Position numbers and translations under genes: made by a program
Assembly (NCBI GenBank): GCA_012295275.1
Contig: CM022669.1
Coordinates: 13,020,001 to 13,084,000, forward strand
Origin: Chrysomallon squamiferum
Lineage: Eukaryota; Animalia; Mollusca
Length of the DNA stretch: 64,000 bases
Direction: 5' to 3'
The notes under the pieces: generated by a model
Databases searched by the model: none
The model's input: the letters and a program-made list of their open reading frames with translations, nothing else
Told to the model about the DNA's origin: nothing
Shown here: in pieces, positions 1-62,270 of the stretch
Position numbering within the stretch: position 1 is the stretch's first letter
How the letters are laid out: each line of letters starts with the position of its first letter

Positions 1-138
1 ACAATTCTAATTATAAATAACTGATATTCATTTATTATCATATGGGGCTGAAAAAAGGGAAAACAAAGATAAGTAACGTTTGTATGAACAAAATTTGATC
101 ATTATTACGACAGCTTCTAAAATAATTATTAATTGTTC

Positions 139-230
<92 letters not shown>

Positions 231-420
231 CTGAGTCTGTCCATCTCATGGTATATCTAAAACTATATATATCTTATCTGTCTTTCTATTGCTGCCTGCC
301 TGTATCTCTGTATGTCTGTTTCTCCGTTTGTCTGTCTATCACTCTATTTCTTTCTCATCTGTACAGAAGATATGAATAACAAGGACAAATACAAATAAAT
401 GAGTACGCGCTCGCACATAC

Positions 421-463
<43 letters not shown>

Positions 464-1096
464 CAGGTACAGGCGCATCAGATAACATAATGAGAAGGCA
501 CAGTAAAAGTAAAAGTTCATACTTTGTTTTTATTTCAGATTTTTTTTTAAAATTCCTTAATCATTTTATCGTCATGGTTTATTATACAGTACAAAAGCTT
601 TATTACAAAAGGAAATATTTATTTCAGATTTTTTTTTCCTTTTTTTTTCTCCATTAATAACAAGAAACATAAAAAGAAGAAGAAAAAAAATATTTTATTA
701 AATATCTTTCTTTTTTTTTTACTTTTTTTTTTTTTTTTTTTTCCGTTTCCTCCCTTTTCCTTTCTTATGAGGAAGCTGTTGAGTACACAGTTATAGTTAA
801 TCATTATTCTTTATGTTTATCGACTGGTATTGGAAAAATACAAAACTGAGAACACGTTATCAATAAATACGACGATGACACATTTTGTCAGACCCTAAAC
901 TGACAGTAAAAGACAAGAACAGAGAGAAAGCGACAATTCAAAATTAACAAAAGATATAAAAAGTGAAATAAAATAAACGATCCTTTTAATTAAATTAAAT
1001 AAATAAATGAATAAATAAATAAATGAATGAATGATACTTTTATTAAACGAACAAAAAATAATAATAATAATAATAAAAAAAATTAATAATAAAAAT

Positions 1097-1140
1097 ATGA
1101 TGCCGGGAGAGAACTTTGTTAAGTAAGCACTTAACGGCAA
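1097..1140. repeat. Dispersed ~44-bp repeat, copy 1 (hairpin GTTAAGT-N4-ACTTAAC)
   Basis: ATGATGCCGGGAGAGAACTTTGTTAAGTAAGCACTTAACGGCAA matches 29873-29916 with 3 substitutions. Confidence 0.85.
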
Positions 1141-2210
1141 CATTTTTCTTTCTTTTTTTTTTTTTTTTTTCTTTTTTTTTTTTTTTTCAGACCGTTAGCT
1201 TTTTCGCGGAGACTTACGCTGGACAATGGCTGATTTGAAGATCATTGTAAAATAAATAATTACTACAGCTAAAAGTGTGCTCGAATCTGAAACTGACGCA
1301 AATGAGTAACGTACCGTTATGATTGACAGGCTGAATAATTGATTTCACTTTTCAGCGAGGCGAAATCGATGAGATTTTGGTGTAGAACGTTAAATTAGCG
1401 CAAAACTTCAAACAAACATTGAAGTCGCCGACAATGCAGTATTGACATCTTTTTAATGGAAAACGTTTGCATTTGTTGATGAGACAGTAATGTCGGACAT
1501 TTTTTTTTTTTTTTTTTTTTTTTTTCCCCTTTTTAATTTACGATTGGTTCGTAATCTTTACAAATTAACAAATGCAGTATTAATCAAGGTAAGTAGTTAA
1601 TGTGTTTGTTGAAAGGTAATGTCTTTTAACAGCCAGCAAAATGCTTCCTTTTTAATCGATCAGGTAAAAAGGGCAGAGGGTGCGTGGAAAATACGGTGAA
1701 TTAAAAACTCGGATATTTTCACGTTAAGAGAAGATTAGTAATATTTCTACCTAAAGAAAAGAACAGATACAGCTACGATCGTGTGTAAATGCTTACGTGT
1801 GTGTGTATGTGTCTTTATGTGTGTATGTATGTATTATATCTCTGTATGTATGCAAGTGTGTTTATATATGTGGATATGTCTATCTGTGTATCAGTGCTTA
1901 TGTCTATGTTTGCATATGTATGCACTGGTATATCTGAATAGTTAAGTAGGTTTGTTTATTATGATTTTTATTATTATTATTATTATTATGATTACTTCGT
2001 TTTTATTCTTTTTTCATTTTCTTTTTCCCGTTAATTATACTACTTTGACCATCATTTTCTTTGTAAACTTCTGTTTCTGTTGTATTTAAAACTAACACTT
2101 TTATTTCCCTTTGGACACTATACCCACCGGCTATTTTTTCCTCAAGTCTCTCTTATATATAAAATATACAGTTATAGATACAGATATAAACACATACATA
2201 CACATATATT

Positions 2211-2245
<35 letters not shown>

Positions 2246-2330
2246 TGTGTATATGGGGTGTTTTGACATATATATATATATATAGATGTTGTATCTTTAA
2301 ACGATATATTGTAACATCTGGCATTCATAG

Positions 2331-2397
2331 GTTTCCTTGGTGGTCAGTTCTGACATGCGCAGTGCTGGCGGCAGTGACGTGGGTTCGTTCCACATAA
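2331..2397 (+). CDS. Possible terminal exon of an upstream gene encoding a hydrophobic C-terminal tail (FPWWSVLTCAVLAAVTWVRST*)
   Basis: Short GC-richer island after a possible acceptor cattcatag. The translation is a hydrophobic tail ending in TAA. The acceptor is weak and no upstream partner exon is identifiable in the window. Confidence 0.3.
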
Positions 2398-2841
2398 CAC
2401 GATCTTGGAGAATTTATACACAACAAAAGAAAGCGAAATTTGTATGGAATGAGCCTGACATTATATTGGTGTTATTTTTATTATCTTTATCTGTTTAGCT
2501 CTGTCTATCACGCTATCATTTTGTTCGTCTGTTTGTCGTTTTCTGTATCTGCTTGCCTGTTTCTCTGTCTGTCTTTAATATCAGTTTCTATATCTTTCTT
2601 TTGTCTGTAAGTCTGTTTGTGTCTGTATGTGTGTGTTTGTGTCTGTGTGTGTATGTGTGTGTGTGTTTATGTAAGTATTTGAGTTTATGTAAATATGACA
2701 AACACCAAGAAATATTTGGAATAACATAACAATAATAGTAATAAAAGTAATAATAAATAATTAAATAAATAAATGAATAAAAAAAACAATAACTTAATAA
2801 AAAGGCAACAAGTACAGTAAAAAAAAAAAAAATAAAAATAA

Positions 2842-2873
<32 letters not shown>

Positions 2874-3311
2874 TAATATCACATATTTGCTTTGTTTAAA
2901 ACGTCGATCAGCTTCGGATATTGTCCATTACCTGAAGAAGAATGAACTGAAATTACCTTCTCTGAATACATAGCAACAGGCCATGCTTCATTCCCTCTTA
3001 ATCTATTACAAACATGAATTTATTTATTTATTCAATATTTTATCACTACACATTACAAGTCTTTAAGAAATGCATTTTTCAGTCTTCGATCTTTTTATTT
3101 TTCTCTCTGTCTCTCTCAAATGAAAAGTGGAATTGATTTATATATATTTGATGAATAATGAAGGAAATAAATAAAAAAGAAAAGTGTGCTGTGTATGACA
3201 CAAAGACAGACAAACATAAAGACCGGCGGATTGACATGTGGATGTAATAAGGCGGGGTGAATGAGACCGAGAGAACGCAAACATATGTAAGGAGAAAGAA
3301 ATTGAGATGTG

Positions 3312-3430
<119 letters not shown>

Positions 3431-3508
3431 TAACATAGATATTTAAAATTTTAAACATTAATTTTTCTCGCTTCTGTGCATTTACTGTCTATCCGAAGCA
3501 TTGTTTAC

Positions 3509-3539
<31 letters not shown>

Positions 3540-4335
3540 TTAAAAAAATATTTTACTTTGTTCAGTCTAGACTGAGTAAACAGTAAACTTCGCAATTAAA
3601 TTAATCTTCTTCTCGCTGAACTGTGATTGATTTTCGTTCATGAAATTGCGATTAACAGAAAATAATCTATAACTAACTGTCCAAAATCAAAATAAGTTAT
3701 GGTCCTTTGAGAAAATGATGCGCATGCGCTGTAAAACATTAGATTTTGAGATTTGCCTTTTTGACGTAAGTATAATTCAGAGTTTTTTTTTTTTTTTTTT
3801 GGTGTTTTTTTTGTGTGTGTGTTGTTGTTGTTGTTGTTCATTATTATTATTATTATTATTTATATTTGTTCCTTTCATATGTTTAGGTATTTAAATAATC
3901 TACTAGTGATAAATAAGTAATAAGATCAGCAAGCACATCAATCATGGGCATGTTACCTAAACTACGTATCGTGTTCATGATCTAGCCTCTTAAACAGTAA
4001 GATAAAGACTTACATAACTCATTCTAGCCTATTAAAATAACAGACTTTCCGACAGACAAGAAATCAGATGCCTTATCATTCGATGCGCCATTTTTTGGAG
4101 AACCTGCTGTAAGGGGAAACAACTCAGTAAAGCCGAATCTTTGTTATTATTATTTTCTTTTATTCATTTATTTATAAGTTTTGTACCATTTTGTTTTAAA
4201 GAGTTTAATAAATATTGTTTACTATGATATGTACGATTTTAATTAATTAATACCAATAGAATAATATCAGAACAAAATCAACATCAGTCATTATTATAAT
4301 CATCATAATCAAATTTAAAAAAAATAATAATACAA

Positions 4336-4366
<31 letters not shown>

Positions 4367-4489
4367 CAATAACAACAACATAAAACATTCTTTGCTGCTA
4401 ACGAGAAGACAACAACAACAACAACACTACAAAATAATAATGTTTTAATTAATCACGCAGATATCAGAATGACAAAATTTCCTATATTA

Positions 4490-4657
4490 ATAAAATAAAA
4501 TAAAATAATAATAACATAAAATATAAAAATAATGAAAAACAAATTAAAATAAAAATAAAATTGTAAAATAAAATAAAATAAAATTATAAAATAAAATAAA
4601 ATTATAAAATAATATAAAATAAAATTATAAAATAAAATAAAATAAAATAAAATAAAA
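4490..4657. repeat. (AAAAT)n pentanucleotide-rich tract
   Basis: Read directly. Confidence 0.8.
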
Positions 4658-6168
4658 CTTTTTTTTTTTTTTTTTTTTAAACTTCAGTAATTGGACGTGG
4701 TGCATAAAAAAACAGTAAGTAGTCATAAATATGCGCTTGACGGGAAGAAAGTAATAAAAGTAAATTTATTGTCGTCAGTAATAGAGTTTAATAAATAATG
4801 CACACGTTGTGTTTTCATAAAGAACAGCCGCTTAAAAGCTTCGCTATGTAGACAATATTAATTTCTAGGCAACACTTCCTAAAGATAATTACAACAAACA
4901 CTGAAAAAGGAAACTGAAGTTTTATGGCGATTCCTTGAGAGCCGTAATGACGTCTTTGTTTGCCTTTTTTCTCTCTCTCTCTCTCTTTGAATTATGAAAT
5001 TGTGTGGTTCCTTGTATGAGTGTGTGTGTCACTGTGTGTGCATGCGTATGTGAATTAATTTGCGTGCTTATGTTTTTGCATGAATGTTTATTTATACTGA
5101 CTGTGTTTATGTTTGTGTGTGTGTAAATGAGTATGCGTGTATTATTGTGTTTGCGCATTGAGGTGAACGCTTTTGTAAACGCGAACGAACGAACGAGTAC
5201 CTTAATGTAAAGAAAGAAAACAATACACAGCATTAAGATTCAAGAATCAAGGCATAACAAAATAACACAGATCAAATTAATATACAATCAATCAGTGTGT
5301 CAATAAGAAAACAACTGTTCCTAGTTCACGGATTAATATAAAAAATTAATCACATTTGTTTTCCTTTGCAAGCATCTACCTTTATCTAACGTATTATACA
5401 GTACGTATAAGTCATTTCCTGGTATAAGTAAACGCCGTAGACAAAATGGTTCTTTCTGAGTAACATATTTAATTTTCTTTCGTGGAAAACCCATTCAATT
5501 ATTCCCTTTGAAACAACAGAAAAACGCGTCTAAGTCCGCCATTTTAAATCCCAGTTTCGGACCAAGCTACGCCGTAAACAAGACATGAATAGAATTCTAC
5601 AATAACTTGTTATAAATAAGAAATGGCTTGCCTAAATTTTCAATAGAGTGAGGTCTTTAAAGTAACCATATTGAACAATAATTACGCTCCCTAAAGATCC
5701 ATTAAAAACAGCAGAATTTACAGTACATCTGTCGTATCTTATTTCCGACATCTTCACGCAGTCATTCCTTTGTAGTTTCCTCCATCGAGTCGTGCGCACG
5801 TGTCATTTGTGACAATAAAAGGCGCACGCACAAAGAAGGATATCTTAAACAATGGCAAAACATCAAGAGTCCAGAAGAAAGTGAGTCACTGCTTATTCAG
5901 TGATGATTCTTTGTTCCAAGAGCCAGCGATTTATTACAGTTTCTAATTATAAACTTCAAAGACGGTCAATGAATTCATATGTGTTTAACGAATGTTTTCA
6001 AATTATTAATTTTCTTTCTTTTCTTTCATTTTTTTTTTTTTTTTTATTTTTTTTTTTCTCCCCCCAGGTCATTTGGGATCAATTTTAATCTTGATATCAC
6101 TGGTCATTCTTTAGTGGAAGATTATTCCTATTCATTTTTTCTTCTTTTATCGTTTTATAATGTTTTTA

Positions 6169-6210
<42 letters not shown>

Positions 6211-6274
6211 TGTTGTTGTTGTTGTTATTATTATGATCACAGTAGTAGTAATAGTAATAGTAGTAGTAGTGGTG

Positions 6275-6310
<36 letters not shown>

Positions 6311-6560
6311 GTAACAATAGCAGCAACATTAATATTTATGTTTATTATTATTATCCCGAAATTAAATTTATTATCATAAATCTGCAGTAATGTTTTCATT
6401 TCTACCTTTCTCCGAATCTTGAATACAATAAAAATAAAGGGAGAGAACAAGAGATATGCAGAAAAAGGTAAATAAATACAGACAGACAGACAGTCAAATA
6501 GACTGAAGGTTAGAGAAAGGCAAAATGAATGAATGAATGAATAAATAAATAAATAAAAAA

Positions 6561-6596
<36 letters not shown>

Positions 6597-6732
6597 AACC
6601 CATCTATTATATTTTATATTAAAGAAAAGAAAGAGTGGAAAAGATGGGCAATAAAGGGAGACAAATAGAAAGAAATAATTTAAAAAAGGAAAAAACGATT
6701 CAGACATATACAGAGATAGAACGAGACAGAGC

Positions 6733-6821
<89 letters not shown>

Positions 6822-7586
6822 AGTTAATATCAGCCAAACTATCAGAGAGATTATAAGAATTAAGTAATTACCAAATCATCATTCACCATTTCACCTCGTT
6901 CTAACGGTTTATTTTGTTAACTGTGTGAGTAATTTCGCATAGTTAATTTTAAACAAAATTACCTCTTTTCTCTGACTCAGATGCTATCCTGAGTGCAATA
7001 ATCTATCATTAGTTATAATTAATCAGAATCAGTTTCGATGAGTCGGCGCTTCCTTTAAACCAAAGTGTCTCAAGTTACTGCACTGGGCACGGTCAAACTT
7101 CCGACATGCGTATTTCCTATTTTAATATTGTGTTAGAAACCGGAAAAGACAACAACAAAAAAAGGGAGTGTGGAATATTAAATTTCAGCCACTCCCAGAA
7201 CTGGCTGAAAGGGGTAAAAAAAAAAAAAAGAAAAAAAAAAAATGTTTGTTAAACTGGTCAGGCCGAGTATTGTCATCATATAGTACATGTATCGATAAAC
7301 ACATATGCACACACACGCACACAGATGCACACACATACACACACAAAAAGGACTGACATAGACGTACAAACAAAACCAAAAAACAATGTCCTTCTTCCTT
7401 CTGTACATGAGTTTTATGTGCGACAGATTTTGGCATTAGTGGTTATTTTTAACGTTTTATTTTATTTTATTTCGGTACCGAACATTAATCACTTTGTATT
7501 TAAATCCATTTACAATTTTAAAAAAAAGTAATAAAAAGCCCCACATTTTGATGATGATGATGAATTTGATGATGATGATGATGATG

Positions 7587-7629
<43 letters not shown>

Positions 7630-7654
7630 TAATAACAATAACAATAACAACAAG

Positions 7655-7745
7655 TTGGCTCCGAGTAGGAATCGATCCCGGGTTGCGATCGAAGTGTCTG
7701 CCAGTCTTCGTATCGTCGACTTAACCAGCGCGCCAGCGACGCTCA
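7655..7745 (-). mobile_element. tRNA-derived SINE head / tRNA-like pseudogene fragment
   Basis: Minus strand reads TGGCGCGCTGGTTAAG (A-box-like) ... CGGGATCGATTCC (B-box-like) ... GGAGCCA, followed directly by a (TTG/TTA)n tail. No acceptor stem can be formed, so it is not an intact tRNA. Confidence 0.45.
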
Positions 7746-8147
7746 TTACTGAAAATAAAAACGTTGACAGCGACAACGTGGTTCCATTAGGCGAAGACGT
7801 CCCGGTCTCAGCCACGTCTTTCTCTTCAACATGTCCCCTTCGCAAGCGAACGACGTCGGCGTATCGGAAACTGCGTCCCAGTCGCCTCGCTACGTTTAAA
7901 AATAAATAATTAGTCTTATTTATAGCTTTTAAAGATGAAAATGTTTTTCTAATTCATTTTGAACGAAAAGGCCATCTCGGTACGCCGTTTGTTTTGACTT
8001 ATTAATGATGTGTTTTGTAAAAGAATATGTATTTGTTGTTATGAGTAGAAAGGAAAAAACAAGAAAAATAATAAATAAATAAAAATGAAGGGAAATAGGG
8101 TTTACGTAAAGTGAAACTATTACGTCCGCACCTGCAAAAAACAAACT

Positions 8148-8179
<32 letters not shown>

Positions 8180-8731
8180 ACACTCACACACACATACATA
8201 CATACGCACATATGTATTTATATGTGTTTGTGTGTACTTAACATTTCACTTTACGTGAGCCTTTATTTTCTTCACATATTTTTATGTATGTACGTGTGTG
8301 TTTGTGTGAGTACGTGCGTGTGTGTGTTCACATTTCACTTTTAAAATATTGATATATTTAAATAAATAGTGCAAACGTGCGTAAGATAAAATTAAAATTA
8401 AAAAAATTAATAAAAATTATGACTGTCAACCCGCGCTCAAAATAACCACACACACACACACACACACACGTACACGTACACGTACATGTATAAACACAAT
8501 GTTTCTGATAGGAATAAGGGAGAGGGGCTGAAATGACAAATGCCCTGAGGCTTGTGAATGAAACAAAGCCAGTAAAATGTGTCTGTTTGTACATATATAA
8601 AATTAATAAGTAGGAGATACTGTTTCTTAGAAAGTGCCCTGTTCATGTCACACTTTGTAAACAAAAGCGGGCGTTTTCCCCATTAACACCGAGTGCTGGG
8701 GGCTCTTCAAGATTAATAAGTACAAATAAGA

Positions 8732-8787
<56 letters not shown>

Positions 8788-8848
8788 TTTCGTTATAACC
8801 AATTTAAAAAGGTCAAAAAAAAAAAAAAAAAAAAAAAATTATAATTAA

Positions 8849-8879
<31 letters not shown>

Positions 8880-9599
8880 TGTTGTTGTTGTAGTCAGAAT
8901 AATAATACTATATTAATTATGACTCAACAGTTTCGTGACAAGTGACACTGATTCTAAATCAATAATTAAAATTAAGAATAATAAAAATACATGGTATTAA
9001 ACAATTAAAATGAAATGAAAATTAATAATTAAAATTAATAGCAGTTAACACTTTCAGCTGTTTCAGTCTTTTAGGTAAACTATAAATAATTAAGCAAAAA
9101 ATTAATGATTATTTTCATTTTTGCGTTTTACATTCAGGAGTAACATTTAAAAATGTATTATTATTATTTTTATTGTTGTTGTTGTTGTTGTTGTTGTTGT
9201 CCAGAAACCCAGAATTAACACAATGTAATACCTTTTGTTTCGTACAATGAAAACAATGTTATAATGTTATCGGGTAGAATTTACCACGGTCTGAGTCATT
9301 TTCGCACAAAGGCACGTGCACACAATGCTAATGTGCTCGATGCGTGCGCGTCCGGGCATGACCGGTTCACTCTACTATATCCACACAATAGAGCTCATTA
9401 ATGGACTGTCGCGCATGCATGTAAAACAGGAAAGAGATTACACCCTTCGCTTGTCATATTTCATTAAAAAATATGCATAAAGATAATTGCTAATATAAAT
9501 TAAAAATGTTTTAAAAAAAAAAATATTAAAAACTGAAAGCATTTGTAGAAATAATTGCACTTAATAGTGAGTTTGAAAAATGATTGGTAGGAAGAAAAA

Positions 9600-9790
9600 A
9601 AAAAAATCGCACTAAACCTGACACCCCTCCCGCCATTTAGTGGACTGGTCCAAGAAAATGATTACGGCTGGCGCTGAGAAATCATGGCTATTTGTTACCA
9701 GTCCGTGGCAGGCGATAGTGTTTACATTGTTCTCGAGCCTTTTCAGTTTGATTGACGTTTAGAAGTTCGAAAATCGTCAGTTCTATAAGA
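9600..9790 (+). promoter_or_regulatory. Putative core promoter region of the Ig gene
   Basis: Repeat-free stretch ~450 nt upstream of the ATG. Contains a GC-box-like CCCCTCCCGCC (9624-9634) and two Inr-consensus TCAGTT matches (9743-9748, 9777-9782). Motif-level evidence only. Confidence 0.3.
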
Positions 9791-10225
9791 AATTACTTTT
9801 TAATAATACTTCTTCTTTTATTCACCCCCCCCGTCTCTCTCTCTCAGCTTTGGTGATAATCAACAATAACGCAAAATTATATTTTTAGAAAAGAAGAAGA
9901 AGAAGAATTTAAAAAAAAAAATAATAATAATACGGACTGTTTTTAAAAGTTATAATTTATTGCTGAGGATTAATACTGGCTGTTTACGTGACTACTTTCG
10001 GTTTGGTTGAAGCATGCGAGTCGTGTAAAACAAAGGAGAGAAGATTTAATGTTTCTGTTGAAGTTTGTACGTAGATATTGGTTATATGTTTGTTCGACGG
10101 AAAATACCGATGTTATATTCGACACTTTGTCTCACTGATTATAAACCGACTGGAAGATTTGACAGGGCTGAACGAGTGAAAGTTTTCATTCTGTGACAAG
10201 TTCGTTTTAGTGGGAAAACTGGAAA

Positions 10226-58436
<48,211 letters not shown>

Positions 58437-60233
58437 GAGCAACGTGAACTCTCTCTTACTAAACTTGACTAACTCGGATGGAAGGAAGCATTCCATTGGT
58501 ACTTTGACTTATTCATGGTTGTGTGAGTTCTGTTGTTAATACTTTGAACAGAATACCATATCAGGAATTTTCTTAAGCGTGTATCTGATGGGTTTTTTTT
58601 TTTTTTTTTTTTCCTTTTGACTTACAAAGACTATCTCCTGTGTGTGTACCGCCACAAAACAAGACATTTCAACGTGCAGAACGTGTCAGATTGTGAGATG
58701 GTGGTTTTTTTTAACAATGGTGTTTGTAAATTATATTTTAATACTAACACGATTATTTTATGCATCTGTTCACATTTGACGAGAGACGTTGAACAATGCA
58801 TAAAATTGGTCTGAATAAGTCGCGATCAAAGTACATCTTGCAGTCATGATTTCTGTGTTTAAAACGTTTGTGGCTTTCGAGACAAAATATCCATTACAGT
58901 TTAAACGTAACGGTTCATAACAACTGAGAGTGTTCAAATAAAAAACCCATCGACGTTACTGTAATAACTATAATATAACAAAAATGTGTTTTATCAAAAA
59001 TGGTCATCTTGAGTTTCTGTAATGTGTCAGTGACTTTCGTGAAAAATAAGTGTTATGATGATAACAATAATAACGTAACTGTACAAAAATCAGCAGGACT
59101 TTCACAAAATGTCACACTACAGTCATAATTTGACCATTCAAAAATACTTGGATTTTGCAAGTAGCATTACGCTTTGAAGTGACTGCAAAACACGCGACTT
59201 CTTTCTAGTAGAAATTTTGATTGTCTCGACAACATGTACTGAAACAACTGAATGGTCTTTGTTTCATTTTAATAACAGACTCAAAACAAAAACAAAAAAA
59301 AACAAAAAAATCAGAAAAACAAATCTTATCAAATATATATTTCACATTAATAATTACGTTCTAGAAATGTTTCTAAATGTATTCTAAGCACAATTAGTCT
59401 ATGATCCTTCGTTTTCTTTTTCTTTTTTTCTTTTTTCATTTTTCTTCCCCCCCCCACAACAATATCCCTTTGATTGATTATGCAGGTATTTTGACAAACG
59501 GGTAAAAACTTCCACCGATTCATGACATCATAAACTTTACCTAAAACTTACCATCCCACCAACGTCTTGAAATCTTGAGTTCAGTCTTAACGTTAAACCG
59601 GCTCAGTAAATAATAATAATGAAATGAGCCTTTTATTTGTAACGATTAAGAGAACAAATTCTTCTAGCATCGCTAATAAATCAGTTTGGCTGGGTCAGTT
59701 TGATCCCCCCACTAGTAAGATAAACGATTTGTAAAACTGACAGTCCAGCGAGAGAAAACCAAAATATATGAAGATCTGATTTCCACAATTTCTGTCTGAC
59801 CTTCTGTGTGTACGTTCTTGCTGAGATCTTTGAGATGTCTGTTCTTATTTGATTCGGTGTCTGTGTCGAGATTTTTCACTGCACGAATTCGGCTGAAGGC
59901 GTGAAGTGGAAGAAAGAGGAACAATAATAATTTCGAGATGGTCTTTTCTTGCACGCTGGTGAAGAAACACAGAAAGACAGCCCGACAACAGAGGCGAAAA
60001 GAAGAGAATTGCAGTTCTGTTAAGAGGTCGCTTTCAAGGGAATCGCTGAAATGTGTAAATTTATACGAAGTAATGAAGAAACATTTTCCCATTTGTGTTC
60101 TGTGAAATTGGTTTCAGCAACTTTGAGCCAGTAATAATGACGATGTTCATTTTACAGAATCGTTCAATATGAACTTTATCTAAATGTTTGCAAATAAGAC
60201 GTTGTCTCTTAACGACTGGAAGGAGCTTATACG

Positions 60234-60280
<47 letters not shown>

Positions 60281-60621
60281 GTGTGAAATATCATGCATTA
60301 ATATTATGTACATATTTAACGTAAAAAATATTTTAGTTTATTTTATGATTATATGGATACATTTCATACTATATCTTCACCGAACTGTATTTTGAGTTGT
60401 GTGTCCGTTCAGGTCTTGTGTTATTGTTCAACATATTGACACGAATGTTTAGTTTATTATAATTATATGAATGGTGTATATTCTCAGTGATCTAAATAAT
60501 TAATTACTTATAATCATATATTTGTAACATTATATTATTTCTGTAATATTTGTTCAAATTTGTAGATTTTTGCCCTGTATAATATATGATTGTATCAGAA
60601 AGATTAATGCACCGATAAGAT

Positions 60622-60709
<88 letters not shown>

Positions 60710-60939
60710 CATCATCATCATCATTATTATAATTATTAGTTGACAGAAGAATGAATCCTATCATTACATTTAACCATTTTCTCTTTAATCATAGCTTCAT
60801 GATTTTCAATTATTGTTTATGCAGGCTTGTCGTGGGCACATGCTTCCAAAACCATATCTCTTCAATACAGTAATAAAGTACACTAGTATTTCTGTACGGA
60901 TGTTCATATATAATAGATTATGTTCTTTCCTTCCTCAAT

Positions 60940-60977
<38 letters not shown>

Positions 60978-62023
60978 AACATATATTGTAGGTTAGCTCC
61001 AAAGTTAGAATTCGGGGTATCTTACTTATTAATCTAACGAATTTTTATTAACTGTCGATTTAATATATATATATATTATTTGCTAGACAAAAAAGCTTGC
61101 GATTTTCATTTCATCGAGTTTTGACTCTGTTGCACTGACAGCAAAATACCTCCGTCTAATCTCAACATTTTAAGCGCTAACGACCCATATTTTAAACTTA
61201 ACATCCGATTTTGTGCGATAATACTATAACAGGTTTCCATTATTCTCTTTAGACTGCAGCTGATTGATATAAATGTGCTTTTGTCCTTCCAGAGAGACGC
61301 TAATCCTGCTTAATAGACGTAAATCATTCTTCAGAAATAGCATGTAAGACATTTCGCGTCAGATCAAATTTGTATCGATACTGGGGGACATCGTAAAATA
61401 AGAAAATAAATGTATTTTTATTTTTTTATTTTTTTTTTTTTTTTTTTCTTCTTGGAAGTCCTCTTTCTTCTTCTTCTTCTTCTTCTTCTTCTTCTTCTTC
61501 TTCTTTTTTAATTATTATAATTATTATTATTGTTATTATTATTATTATTTCATTTCCTGTCAATGGTGGTAAAGGAAACATTATATCGAAGATTATTTTC
61601 TTATTAGCATGTCAAAACAGAAAAATAGGTAGGTAAAAAGGTATATTCAATTAATGTAGGCTTAGAGACCGCAGACGATAAAAAAAAACACCAAAACATT
61701 AGATTTCAGCCTAAGTAACGTTAGAGACACGTATAAAATTGAAATAATAATTAAATAACTGTTATCAAAAGTTTTTTTACTAAGATGTCTGACACAGGAA
61801 TCATGATAAGATTATATATTGCATTATTATCTAATTATAAAGATAAGATATATTGTATATTATTTAATGAAGTTTTAGATAGGCAGGATGTGGGCAAAAA
61901 CTATAATACTAGTTTAGTTTCTGAATATGTAATTTATACAGAGTGATATACGTTTTGTCAAAGGTTATTATTTTCGGCCCATGTAATTGTAAATAAATGT
62001 TACTTTAAAGTTTCTCGTTGACG

Positions 62024-62270
62024 TTTGAAATACGATTGCAAGAAATAAACCTGAAGAATGCATAGGCCATATTACGTCACGTTTGAAATACGCCAGCAAG
62101 AAACAGCCTGAAAAATTCATAGGCTGTATAACGTCACATTTGAAATACGCCTGAAGAATGCATAGGTTATACAACTTCATATTTGAAACACGATTGCAAG
62201 AAACAGCCTGAAGAATGCATAGGCTATATGACGTCATATTTGAAATACGCCCGAAGACGTTATAACGTCG
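62024..62270. repeat. Minisatellite, ~57-bp unit, about 4.5 copies
   Basis: TTTGAAAYACG recurs at 62024, 62082, 62139, 62182 and 62239 (spacings 58, 57, 43, 57). The first four units share CCTGAAGAATGCATAGG or a close variant. Confidence 0.9.

Noticed and set aside
1191-1250. Poly-T plus CAG acceptor-like site
   Set aside because: All three frames stop within ~50 nt and no good donor follows. Poly-T runs are ubiquitous here.
7655-7745. Functional tRNA gene
   Set aside because: No acceptor stem or proper anticodon arm can be folded, and the B box deviates from GGTTCGANNCC.
62024-62270. CRISPR-like appearance of regularly spaced repeats
   Set aside because: The whole unit is repeated with no unique spacers, the context is eukaryotic and there are no cas genes. 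It is a minisatellite.
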